Positions 52,984-61,964 of a stretch of 64,000 bases of DNA are shown here, one piece after another. Below the pieces are notes generated by a model. The model worked only from the letters and a program-made list of their open reading frames with translations, ran no database searches and was not told the DNA's origin. Origin of the DNA: an uncultured delta proteobacterium (GTDB taxonomy: Bacteria; Desulfobacterota; Binatia; UBA9968); assembly GCA_963737905.1 (NCBI GenBank), contig CAVTUQ010000002.1, positions 288,001 to 352,000 of the forward strand, written 5' to 3'. Position 1 is the first letter of the stretch, and each line of letters starts with the position of its first letter. Made by a program: the position numbers and the translations under genes.

Positions 52984-54531
52984 TCAGTGGTAATATTGGC
53001 CACCGCGGATGTTGTCGTGCGCGGGCAGTGTCGCCGTCGAGCCAGAGTCTTTTTCTTCCAATCGATCGAGTCCGTTCTCCAACATTTTGCGCAGCGCTTT
53101 GAGCGAGAGATTGGAGTAGCGCAGCGCCCGAGCGGCGGCGTTTTCCAGACGTTCTTTGGGGTAATGTTTATCGAGGCGCAGGATCCCCAAGCACGAGCGA
53201 TAGCCTTGCTCTGGGTGGGCGCGACTCTCGATGATGGTTTGCACCAGCCGAGCGGTGTGGGGACCGGTCTTCTGCGCCCAGTGGATGAATCGGGCGGGAC
53301 TCCATTCAGAATACTTCTGGTGTGCTGGCGGCATATGTTCCTTGAGGGTGGTGTGTTGATGGGGCACATAGCTTCGGACCTGGCTGGCCACGCGTTCGCC
53401 TTTTCGGAAGGCCTCCACGGTGTGGGCGGTCAACCGAACTTGGAGCTTTTCGCCCTTCAGTTCATGCGGCACGCTGTAGTAGTGATCGTCGACTTCGATG
53501 TGGTAGTCGATGCTGACGGTGGCGATCTTCCACTCGGCGTATTCGTAAGCTTTCTGTGGCAATGGCAAAGCGTTGGGCTGATCGAACAGAACAAAGAGTT
53601 CGCGACGCGATTGTTTGAGTTTGCGCAGCGCTCGGTTATTCAAACGCTCCAGCAATTCACCAATGGCCGTATTGAGATCGGCCAGGGTGTAGAACCTGCG
53701 GTGGCGTAAGACGGATAAGATCCAGCGCTTGGCGATCAGTACGCCGTTTTCGACCTTGGCCTTGTCCCTGGGGCGAGCGGGACGTGCCGGTATAACACAA
53801 ACGCCGTAGTGGCTGGCCATGTCCGCGTAGGTTGGATTTATCTCCGGCTCGTAGCGGCAGGCGCGACTGACGGCGCTCTTGAGGCAATCGGGCACCACAA
53901 CTTTGGAGACACAGCCGAAGTAATCAAACGCTCGGGTGTGCGAGCCAATCCAATCCGGCAGTTGCTGAGTGAGAGAGGCTTCGGCGAAGGTGTAAGTCGA
54001 GGCGCCCCAGACGGCGACGAAGAGCTCGGTTGGGATCAGATCGCCGGTTTGCGGATCGACCAATGGTAGCCCTTCGCCATAGTCGATAAACAGTTTCTCG
54101 CCGCCCTTGTGGTCCTGACGCATCGAGTAATCGAGCTTGGATCGGTAATCGCGATAGAGCTGACAGAACTGCGAGTACTGGTAGCCGTCAGGATGTTGTT
54201 CCCGATACTCGCGCCAGAGCTGATCGAGGGTGAGATTGAACTTCTTGTGGGCTTTGAGCTCGCGGTAGATGTAATCGAAATCCGGCAGCGCTTTGGCTGG
54301 TGCTTCAACAGAGACTGGGGGCGGAAACAGTCTTTGCTCCAACGCCTCTTCGGTTAAGTCTTCGGGCAAAGGCCAGGACAACCCCGCTTTCTGAGCCCGC
54401 TCTTGATAGTTTGTGACGGTGCTGCGGCTTATGTTTAAGCTCAGCGCCACTTGCCGCGTGTTCAGATGAATGTCGTGGGTCAGACGCAGAACATCTTTGA
54501 TCTTACGCATGGATAACCTCGTATTGGCCAT
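52984..54531 (-). CDS. istA: IS21 DDE transposase
   Basis: MRKIKDVLRL, YSQFC, FIDY, VPDCLKSAV, PRDKAKVENGV. Confidence 0.96.
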   Translation of the reverse strand: MANTRLSMRKIKDVLRLTHDIHLNTRQVALSLNISRSTVTNYQERAQKAGLSWPLPEDLTEEALEQRLFPPPVSVEAPAKALPDFDYIYRELKAHKKFNLTLDQLWREYREQHPDGYQYSQFCQLYRDYRSKLDYSMRQDHKGGEKLFIDYGEGLPLVDPQTGDLIPTELFVAVWGASTYTFAEASLTQQLPDWIGSHTRAFDYFGCVSKVVVPDCLKSAVSRACRYEPEINPTYADMASHYGVCVIPARPARPRDKAKVENGVLIAKRWILSVLRHRRFYTLADLNTAIGELLERLNNRALRKLKQSRRELFVLFDQPNALPLPQKAYEYAEWKIATVSIDYHIEVDDHYYSVPHELKGEKLQVRLTAHTVEAFRKGERVASQVRSYVPHQHTTLKEHMPPAHQKYSEWSPARFIHWAQKTGPHTARLVQTIIESRAHPEQGYRSCLGILRLDKHYPKERLENAAARALRYSNLSLKALRKMLENGLDRLEEKDSGSTATLPAHDNIRGGQYYH

Positions 54532-55899
54532 TCAACCTCCTTGGCTTTTTAAGCCAGGGAGGATAACAGCCCGGTTATCCAGCGTCGCTTGCTTGGGTTA
54601 GCTCACCCTAAACAGGGGTGCCGATTTGCATCGGAACAAGTGCCGATTTCGATCGGAACGAGTGTCGTTTTGCCAGCGGAATGGGTGTCGATTTGGGTCG
54701 GAATACGCAAGCAGGAACTCTGCTGCCCCTGCGGAATTGTCACGGGAAAGACGTGAATAATAAACGCGCTCAACGTCCACATACTCGGGCCGTGGGTGTG
54801 CCTCGTATATTTGAACAGGCGATACGTGTGCGAGATGATGGATATAAGCCGACTCGGATAGAACTACTTCCTCGCCAGGTTCGAGAAACACCCGTCGTCC
54901 CTGGTGCATTACAAATTGCCTGCGAAAAACACCCCTCCCTAGAGTGATAGGAACGTCAACAAATAGATCCAAAAGTTTGTTTTGGAGTTCGACCTGCTTA
55001 AACTTCACTTCTTGATCCAGGGAGTACTGATACCTTATGAAGGCTCGCAGAGCGTTGGCGCGTCTTTCCTTGGCTTCAGAGAGGCCATTCTCTATGACAA
55101 ATCGTATCAGGTCAGGGCCAGTCATCAATTCAGGATAAGCCCACTTTAAATCCCACGCGTTGTCCAGCCGCCGACTTAGGTCGTCTCTCCACCAGCAAAC
55201 CGATGGTATTCCGAGCTCTTGTGTTAGCTTCTTGTTGGCTATGTCAATCGATCCGGAGCCAGGATGCGCAGTGCCACGAACGTTGGTGATTAGAACATAC
55301 TGTTTCGCTCCTTCCCGGATTTGCTTCTTAACCTTTGGTGCTTCTTGTTCAATGATGGAAAGTAGCCACTTGTGCGGCTCATCGATCGACTCCAACTCGC
55401 GGACGAACTTAATTTGGAACATCACGAAACCACCCTTTAGCTCAGCAAAACCCCACTGTATCGCATCCCTGCCTCCGTCGGGCTGCGCCACTGGGAAACA
55501 CTGCATGTTTGGAAACTCTTTAGTCAGCAGGGCCTGGCAGAAATGCTGAAACTTTTCAGGGTCGAGGTTTTCAAAAGGATAGCTCATTTCTTGACGCGCA
55601 AAAGTTTTATGGATCTTTACGAACGATAGTGACAATGTCTCTAGCGGTACGAGTCATCGTTCTGCACATGAACGTCCGTGCTGCCCTAGCGAGTCGCGTG
55701 AAGATTTCATCTAATCAAAAGCCCAATAAACCGCCTCTTGCTATCATATGACCTTCCCTCCCTGCAGTCGGTTCGGTTCGTCAATCCAATAGCAATCAAA
55801 AACGGTAGGACATTAGTCCTGGCGGCCAACGTCCTTAGAATAATGCTGGTCTTAGATGTGTGTCAAGAAAAAAAGTCCGACTCGTTTGCTGGGTTTACG

Positions 55900-55948
55900 T
55901 CTGGCCTGAACCTGACTTTATCGCGTTCAATTTTCGAATAGCCGTAAC
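55900..55948. repeat. ~50-bp direct repeat A (second copy 57731-57780)
   Basis: TCTGGCCTG...GACTTTATCGCGTTCAATTTTC.AATAGCCG.AAC. Confidence 0.8.
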
Positions 55949-55966
55949 CGCGGACTAGTTAGACGG

Positions 55967-56340
55967 TAGGGTCAGGTCTTGCAATGCAACAATTAGTCAT
56001 CCTCATGGTCTGGGGTAGGAGCTATTCCTCGGACCCATCCGCATTGACTTATTTTCGCCTGACAAACAGTTGCTGCATCAACTTGTCCCACGCTGCGTAT
56101 TTTTTTTCCGCTTCTTAGTCCCGGCCCGAACTAACCAACTGTATGCGCTACATGGGCCGATCAATCTGCTGCTTGAACTCACGCAACAGCGGCGCGAGTT
56201 CAACTGTCTTCAGCGCACCGACCGCTGCTTCCCAACGCCCCTCCGCACAGAGGCCATGTACACCCGCATCCTCGTAGGCTTGAAGGAGCGCTTCAAGGCA
56301 TGCGTCTCGAATGCGTTTCGCGAGATCTTCCAGTTCCATA
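55967..56340 (-). repeat. ~375-bp module B (small ORF + HUH-type terminus); second copy 58808-59186
   Basis: Alignable throughout; minus strand ends TGTTGCATTGCAAGACCTGACCCTA. Confidence 0.9.
56148..56339 (-). CDS. Small hypothetical protein (YEDAG..GLC.EGRWE motif), copy 1
   Basis: 63-aa ORF conserved in both module B copies. Confidence 0.7.
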   Translation of the reverse strand: MELEDLAKRIRDACLEALLQAYEDAGVHGLCAEGRWEAAVGALKTVELAPLLREFKQQIDRPM

Positions 56341-56511
56341 GCTTGGGTTGATCATGTCAGGCTTTGCTTCTTTGATATTGCTGCGTTTTGTTTCTAGCCC
56401 AAAGGAACGTTTCGTAAGAAGCAAATAAACAAAGCCTGACACGATTTCGTGCCCAACAGATAGTGCGGCAGTTCGCCGACGCATGATCATCGGACGAATG
56501 CGGAATCGAAA

Positions 56512-57540
56512 TCAATTTTCCAACAGCGGCTTCAATTTTTGAATCGTATCCTGCGACGGCACGCCGGCTTCTTTGATCAGCGCGTCGAGCTCATCGCCTG
56601 TCGCTGGCGTGATGTCGAGACCTTTCTTTTTTGCGTCGGCGATCAGCTCGCCGTCGCTCATCATTTTGGTGAAACCATCGCGCAACATTTTCAATCGATC
56701 GCCAGGCATACCCGGAGGGCCGAATAACGGCCGGCCCATGTCGTCGGGGATCAGCAGAATTTTTGCCAAGCGTCGATAAAGCTCACTGCTCTTGTTTTTG
56801 TCGATCAACTCCCACAGCGTCGGAACGTTCGCCATGCGCGGGTCGCGCTTGGCGCCGCCCTGCACGAGCACGCGCACGAAACCGCTCTTGGCCCAAGTCC
56901 GGCCGGGCTCACTGCCAAAGAAAGCCTGCACCGTGCCGCTGAAGCACTGCACTTCGTTTTTCTCGATCGCCAGATTGACATCCGACGCCCCGGGATAGCC
57001 GGGCACGAGCATCAACTTGAGTCCGAACGTGTCCTGCAAAAGGCGGGGGAAATAATACGCCGAGCTGCCGATGCCGGTGGAACCGCATTTGGGCGTTTCC
57101 GCCACCGTGCGCATATCTTCCAAAGTTTTGATTCCCGTATCCGCGCGCGCGTAGAAAATTCGATCCGTTTTCTCGGGCGAGCCGATATAGCTGAACTTGA
57201 ACCAATCGAACTGAACTTCCTTCTTCCCCGTCACCTGATCGATATACATCGCCGGACTAACCACACCGAGCGTCAACCCGTCCGGCTTGGCGACGCTATA
57301 AATATAATTCGCCGCAATCATCGATCCGCCGCCGGTCATATTCTGCACGACAAAGGTCGGGTTGCCAGGCACGAATTTCCCCAAATGATTGGCAATCACC
57401 CGCGCCCAAACATCGAAGGCGCCGCCGGCAGCGAAGCCGACCCGGATCTGCACGGTCTTGCCTTGGTAGAAAGGCGTTTGCGCCGCCGCCGGTGAAATAG
57501 CGAGCAAACTTAAAATTATGAAAAGCAAAGCTGTCTTCAC
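56512..57540 (-). CDS. TctC/Bug substrate-binding protein
   Basis: TPFYQGK, GG.FD..AR, VPGNP, GGGSMIAANY, KPDGLT. Confidence 0.9.
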   Translation of the reverse strand: MKTALLFIILSLLAISPAAAQTPFYQGKTVQIRVGFAAGGAFDVWARVIANHLGKFVPGNPTFVVQNMTGGGSMIAANYIYSVAKPDGLTLGVVSPAMYIDQVTGKKEVQFDWFKFSYIGSPEKTDRIFYARADTGIKTLEDMRTVAETPKCGSTGIGSSAYYFPRLLQDTFGLKLMLVPGYPGASDVNLAIEKNEVQCFSGTVQAFFGSEPGRTWAKSGFVRVLVQGGAKRDPRMANVPTLWELIDKNKSSELYRRLAKILLIPDDMGRPLFGPPGMPGDRLKMLRDGFTKMMSDGELIADAKKKGLDITPATGDELDALIKEAGVPSQDTIQKLKPLLEN

Positions 57541-57730
57541 TCAATACACCTCTCTGTTTATTGCCTGATAGCGAATGATTATCAGCAAAGCACTTGTTAA
57601 CAGACTTTTCGGATTATTTCACGGGCCGCCAAAAACGGGATCGCGTTCGATTCGATTCCCCGCTTTATACATTGATGCAGGCCTAACTTCTTGATTCCGC
57701 TCTCTCCGTTAACGAAGGGCCAGTGCGTCA

Positions 57731-57780
57731 TCTGGCCTGGATCTGGACTTTATCGCGTTCAATTTTCAAATAGCCGCAAC
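57731..57780. repeat. Direct repeat A, copy 2
   Basis: Matches 55900-55948. Confidence 0.8.
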
Positions 57781-57885
57781 TGCATAGTCAACGCCATCCC
57801 CTGCATGTTTGGGCTTTTCAATCTGTTCAAACAGTATTACGGGTCACCTGTCACAGGTCGGACAACGCTAAGTCTCAGCTTCAGT

Positions 57886-57940
57886 ATGCTTCAAATCCCG
57901 TAGAATCGTCTGGGATTGTCGGAAAGAATGTTCCGTTTGA
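57886..57940. repeat. ~55-bp direct repeat C with AATCCC/GGGATT hairpin (second copy 61965-62018)
   Basis: ATGCTTCAAATCCCGTAGAATCG.CTGGGATTGTCGGAAAGAAT. Confidence 0.85.
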
Positions 57941-58117
57941 CCTGCGGATTGAGGCCCTCCATCGCTTTGAACACACCTAGGAGAAGTCTGTTCCAATGGT
58001 TCCAGTCGTTACAATAGTTCCAATTGTTTCGAGGCCGAAGATCTCTTCAGTACGAAAACACTCCGATAACCTGCCAAGCGCGAATACCATCGCATTGAAA
58101 AAAACAAGAAAAAATCT

Positions 58118-58513
58118 TCACGATGTTTCAACTTCAATCATACCGCTCGCGGTTATGATTTTTGCCTTGAGGCGATAAAGAATATCCATTCCCATAAGCC
58201 CATCGATCGGGCCACCGAACGGAAGCGTGTGAGCTATCACGGCAATTCGACGGAATTGTTTGCCCAATGTGCTTAAGCTTCTAACCGTCACCTTTGGAGC
58301 AATAATGTAACCGCTTCCGGTCGCTATTCTCTCGTGCTCTTTACTCTCGGCTGGGCTAATGCCGATGGATTCCAGAACTTCTACTGGGAGGACCGTGTAG
58401 GTGGAACCTGTGTCGACGAGTACTTTGATGACTTTTGTACCGGCAGGACCTGTCACCGCTGCTCTGGCAACGAAAAGGCTCCCCGTGCGCGTCAAGGAAT
58501 AACGTCGAGGCAA
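58118..58513 (-). CDS. Retropepsin-like (clan AA) aspartyl protease
   Basis: LVDTGSTYT and DGLMGMD motifs. Confidence 0.85.
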   Translation of the reverse strand: MPRRYSLTRTGSLFVARAAVTGPAGTKVIKVLVDTGSTYTVLPVEVLESIGISPAESKEHERIATGSGYIIAPKVTVRSLSTLGKQFRRIAVIAHTLPFGGPIDGLMGMDILYRLKAKIITASGMIEVETS

Positions 58514-58725
58514 AACATCACCGCCACGTCTTCTTGGATATCGCCGCAATACTCAACCGCCACGTTTTTGCCCAGAGTACCGAGCAAAGCTTTGTAGATG
58601 TCGTCTTTATTCGGAGCGTGCGCGATAACCTTGCCGGCCTTGACGCGAAGATCCTTGTCGAGTTTAGAAAACTCAACTAGCACCCACTCGTTAGGGTACC
58701 TTTTTCTGATCTCATCAAGCCGCAT
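58492..58725 (-). CDS. DUF5678-like small protein, partner of the aspartyl protease
   Basis: YPNEWV.......G.VIAH; overlaps the protease start; TTGTCA-17-TAAGAT upstream. Confidence 0.7.
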   Translation of the reverse strand: MRLDEIRKRYPNEWVLVEFSKLDKDLRVKAGKVIAHAPNKDDIYKALLGTLGKNVAVEYCGDIQEDVAVMFCLDVIP

Positions 58726-58807
58726 AAGTGAAAACTTCCGCCTTTCTTTATGATGATCTTACGCGACCGGACACGCACTGACAAGGATTGTTGGCGACGT
58801 CAGAGGC

Positions 58808-59186
58808 TAGGGTCTGGTCTTGCAATACAACAATTAGTCATCCTCATGGTCTGGGCGGGAGCTGTTCCTCGGACCCATTCGCAGTGACTTATTTTCGCCT
58901 GACAAACAGTTGCTGCATCAACTTGTGCCACTCGGCGTATTTGTTTTCCGCTTCTTAGTCCGCCCCGAACTAACCAATTGCATGGGCTACATGGGCCGAT
59001 CAATCTGCTGACGGGTGTTTGAACTCACGCAACAGCGGCGCGAGATCAACAGTCTTCAGCGCGCCGACAGCTACTTCCCAACGCCCCTCCGCACAGAGGC
59101 CCTGTACACCCGCATCCTCGTATGCTCGAAGGACCGCTTCAAGGCATGCGTCTCGAATGCGTTTCGCGAGATCTTCCAGCTCCATA
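58808..59186 (-). repeat. Module B, copy 2
   Basis: Minus strand ends TGTTGTATTGCAAGACCAGACCCTAG. Confidence 0.9.
59000..59185 (-). CDS. Small hypothetical protein, copy 2
   Basis: MELEDLAKRIRDACLEA...; GGGAG RBS. Confidence 0.7.
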   Translation of the reverse strand: MELEDLAKRIRDACLEAVLRAYEDAGVQGLCAEGRWEVAVGALKTVDLAPLLREFKHPSAD

Positions 59187-59400
59187 TAGCTCCCTTAGAC
59201 GAACGTCTAGAGTATATCGCTTATTCGCAAAACTGGAACAATCCAAGCCCGACCCTGGTCCGAGACTGGCGAATGGTAATCGACACCGTGTTTTTCTCAG
59301 CTTTGTTCGACAGCGACTTCATGCCGGGAGGTCGATGGTCGTGGATCCCCGCTGCCATTTTCTGGTGGACGTCGCCGGTTTCGTTGGGTATATTTCGGCT

Positions 59401-60024
59401 ATGGCTGCACATGATCACGATCATAATGAGGGCTCTAACCTTTCCGAGGTGGAGCTGCGGGTACGCGCGCTCGAAACGATATTGGTCGACAAGGGATATA
59501 TCGAACCGGCCGCGCTCGATCGCATCGTCGAGCTTTATGAAACTAAAATCGGCCCGCATATCGGCGCGCAAGTTATCGCCAAGGCGTGGAGCGATCCTGC
59601 CTTTCGGCAGTCGCTCCTGGAGGATGCGAGCAAGGCGGTCAACGCGTTTGCGCAAGTGGGCAGCGTGGGCGAGCACTTGATCGCCGTGGAGAACACGCCG
59701 CAGGTGCACAACATGGTGGTGTGCACGTTGTGCTCGTGCTATCCGACCGACGTGCTCGGCCTCCCGCCGGCATGGTACAAGTCCTTCGCCTACCGCTCGC
59801 GGGCAGTGAAGGAACCCCGCGCGGTGCTCGCGGATTTCGGCGTCGCGCTGGCGGCCGAGACCGAGATCCGGGTTTGGGATTCGACGGCCGAGACGCGATA
59901 TGTGGTCGTGCCGATGCGTCCGGCCGGAACCGAGGGCTGGAGCGAGGCCCAGCTTGCCAAATTGATCACGCGCGACAGCATGATCGGCGCCGGTTTGCCG
60001 AAAAAGCCAAGTGAGGTGGCCTGA
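59401..60024 (+). CDS. nthA: Nitrile hydratase alpha subunit, cobalt-type
   Basis: VCTLCSCY metal-binding motif (Thr/Tyr = Co-type), WYKS..YR.R, VWDS.AE.RY. Confidence 0.95.
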   Translation: MAAHDHDHNEGSNLSEVELRVRALETILVDKGYIEPAALDRIVELYETKIGPHIGAQVIAKAWSDPAFRQSLLEDASKAVNAFAQVGSVGEHLIAVENTPQVHNMVVCTLCSCYPTDVLGLPPAWYKSFAYRSRAVKEPRAVLADFGVALAAETEIRVWDSTAETRYVVVPMRPAGTEGWSEAQLAKLITRDSMIGAGLPKKPSEVA

Positions 60025-60684
60025 TGGACGGCGTGCACGATATGGGCGGCATGGACGGTTTCGGCAAGGTCGAGCCCGAGCCAGACGAGCCGGTTTTTCA
60101 TCATCGCTGGGAGGGGCGCGTGCTGGCGATGAGCCGCGCCATCGGCGTCTTCCGCGCCTGGACCATCGATACCAGCCGTCATGCAATCGAATTGATGGCG
60201 CCGTCGATCTATTTGACCCGCCCTTATTACGAAAAATGGTTTCTGCGCAACCAACAGTTGCTCATCGAACGCGGCCTTATCGACTCTGACGAGGTCGCCG
60301 CCGGACGCGCCCTGCGGCCCGCGAAAAACATGAAGCGCGGCCCGTTCACACTGGCCGATGTCGAAAAAGTCACGCGCCGCGGTTCGTATGGACGACCAGC
60401 GCCGGCGCCGGCACAGCTTCAAAGTGGGCGACCGCGTGCGCGCGAAAAACATTCACCCAGCGACGCATACGCGCTTGCCCCGTTATGCGCGTGGACACGA
60501 GGGAGTGGTGGAGCGCCTGCATGGCGCGCATGTCTTTCCCGATGCAGCGGCTGCCGGCAAAGGGGAAGATCCGCAGTGGCTTTATACCGTGCGCTTCGAT
60601 GCCCAGGAGCTTTGGGGCGCGGACGCGGAACCAAAGTTGAAAGTCTCCATCGAAGCATTTGAGCCTTATCTCGAACATGTCTGA
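60024..60684 (+). CDS. nthB: Nitrile hydratase beta subunit (frameshift ~60413)
   Basis: MDGVHDMGG, WEGR, YYEKW; C-terminal F.VGDRV...HTRLPRY...LY.VRF...ELWG...EPYL in another frame. Confidence 0.9.
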
Positions 60685-61075
60685 ATCTTCATTCATTGAA
60701 CCGCAAGCCGCCCGGCGCGCAGCGGAAGCGCTTCCGGGCGTTCCGCGCGACGCGAATGGCCCAGTCTTCCGCGCACCCTGGGAAGCCCATGCGTTTGCGA
60801 TGGCGCTGGCGCTCCACGAAAAAGGTCTCTTTGCCTGGACCGAGTGGTCCGCGATGCTTGGTGAGGAGATCAAGAAGGCGCAGGCGGCTGGCGATCCCGA
60901 CACCGGAGAAACCTACTACCGCCATTGGCTCGCGACGCTCGAACGCATGGTCGCGGCAAAAGGCGCGACCTCGGCGCAAGCGCTTGAGCATCATTACCAA
61001 GCCTGGGAACGCGCGATGCAGAGAACGCCTCATGGCAAACCCATTGAGTTACGAGCGGAAGACTTTCGTAGGTGA
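60677..61075 (+). CDS. Nitrile hydratase accessory/activator protein (P14K-like)
   Basis: PVF.APWEA.AFA.A..L...G.F.W.EW, YY.HWL..LE, TPHG.PI. Confidence 0.9.
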   Translation: MSESSFIEPQAARRAAEALPGVPRDANGPVFRAPWEAHAFAMALALHEKGLFAWTEWSAMLGEEIKKAQAAGDPDTGETYYRHWLATLERMVAAKGATSAQALEHHYQAWERAMQRTPHGKPIELRAEDFRR

Positions 61076-61171
61076 TGGTCTGCGTTGACGGCGTCTTCTC
61101 GTAGATGATGGAAGTCTATCGAAGGGGGTTCCATCGGTCTAAAATTGGGCCTGCCCTTGCCATCGACAGTG

Positions 61172-61573
61172 TCACAGCTTTGCTACGCGAAAAGATATCA
61201 GTCGGCGCATCGCCTCGAAATGACTGTCGGTGGTGACGAACAAGGCCCCTGTGTGTCGAGCCGTCAACGCCAGGAGAAGGTCGTTCTGGAGCCGACTCAG
61301 GCCTATCTCTTCGTGGTCCCGAAATATCTCGGGCAAAAGTCTCCCCGCATCATACCAGCATTCCCGCCACGACGGCGGTTCGATGGGCATCAATTGTCTG
61401 ACAAGCCGTTCAATGACGCTTCGTGACCGCTTCGACACACCCCGTAAGAGTTCGCTCGCCACTACCGGCGAAAGTCGGACCGGAACGCTACCCATTTGTT
61501 GAACGACTTGGTCAAACGAAAGCGCGCCGGTCAACAGATCGATATGGATACAGGTGTCAAAGAAGGCGATCAT
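61172..61573 (-). CDS. vapC: VapC PIN toxin
   Basis: FFDT...ID, SPVV.SELL.G, NDLL.AL.A, VT.D.HF. Confidence 0.88.
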   Translation of the reverse strand: MIAFFDTCIHIDLLTGALSFDQVVQQMGSVPVRLSPVVASELLRGVSKRSRSVIERLVRQLMPIEPPSWRECWYDAGRLLPEIFRDHEEIGLSRLQNDLLLALTARHTGALFVTTDSHFEAMRRLISFRVAKL

Positions 61574-61757
61574 TCACTTGCGTTCGCTTCAACCTTCCTT
61601 CCGTTTCCCGCAGTATGCCATGCGACTTCAGTCGTTCTTCTTCCTCTGCCAGAAGAGTGTTGATTAGTTCAGACTGAGACTTGCAATGTCTGGCGCGCAT
61701 GAGGTTTCGAAGGCGAGGCTGAAGTATCCGAACGGTGACCGCCTTTCGTCCTGCCAT
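61557..61757 (-). CDS. Putative RHH-type antitoxin
   Basis: Small basic ORF overlapping the PIN gene; GGAGG RBS; TTGCAA-17-TATCAT upstream. Confidence 0.7.
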   Translation of the reverse strand: MAGRKAVTVRILQPRLRNLMRARHCKSQSELINTLLAEEEERLKSHGILRETEGRLKRTQVNDRLL

Positions 61758-61964
61758 AAGCCCTCCATGATGACAATGATGATAGATTGTCATACACGTG
61801 TTTGCAACCTACCTTGTTACCCCACCAGCGTCGGGCATCTGGCGTCGCGCGGCGCGGGTCGGTACCGGGCTAAGGCTGAGCAGCTAAGGCAAATTTCTGC
61901 CACAGGATCGTGTCGTCCGGCCTTAGCGCCGCTCCCAAAAGAATAATGTTTTGGGCAGACTATG

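Larger units (their letters stand above)
51984..54709 (-). mobile_element. IS21-family insertion sequence, 2726 bp, 6-bp TSD AGCAGG
   Basis: Terminal IR TGCGTATTCCGA/TCGGAATACGCA; subterminal ~20-bp repeats; AGCAGG at 51978-51983 and 54710-54715. Confidence 0.95.
48983..55587 (-). pseudogene. N-terminal restriction-endonuclease-like domain + NACHT/STAND NTPase (~1290 aa), interrupted by IS21
   Basis: N part MSYPFENLDPEKFQHFCQALL...PDGGRD...FQIKF; C part GAPGQGKST, LVFDGLDE, VTSRP, NPMQL; joins in frame once the IS and one TSD copy are removed. Confidence 0.85.

Noticed and set aside
51984-54709. ~20-bp tandem repeats at 51984-52055 and 54617-54709 as a mini-CRISPR
   Set aside because: They are the subterminal transposase-binding repeats typical of IS21 ends.
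7341-60413. Frameshifts in addA, addB (x3), the PPOX gene, ligC, DUF5615 and nthB as programmed frameshifting or pseudogenisation
   Set aside because: They are isolated single-base indels with otherwise intact frames, no in-frame stops and no common slippery motif. Consensus sequencing error is the simplest explanation; raw reads are needed to confirm.
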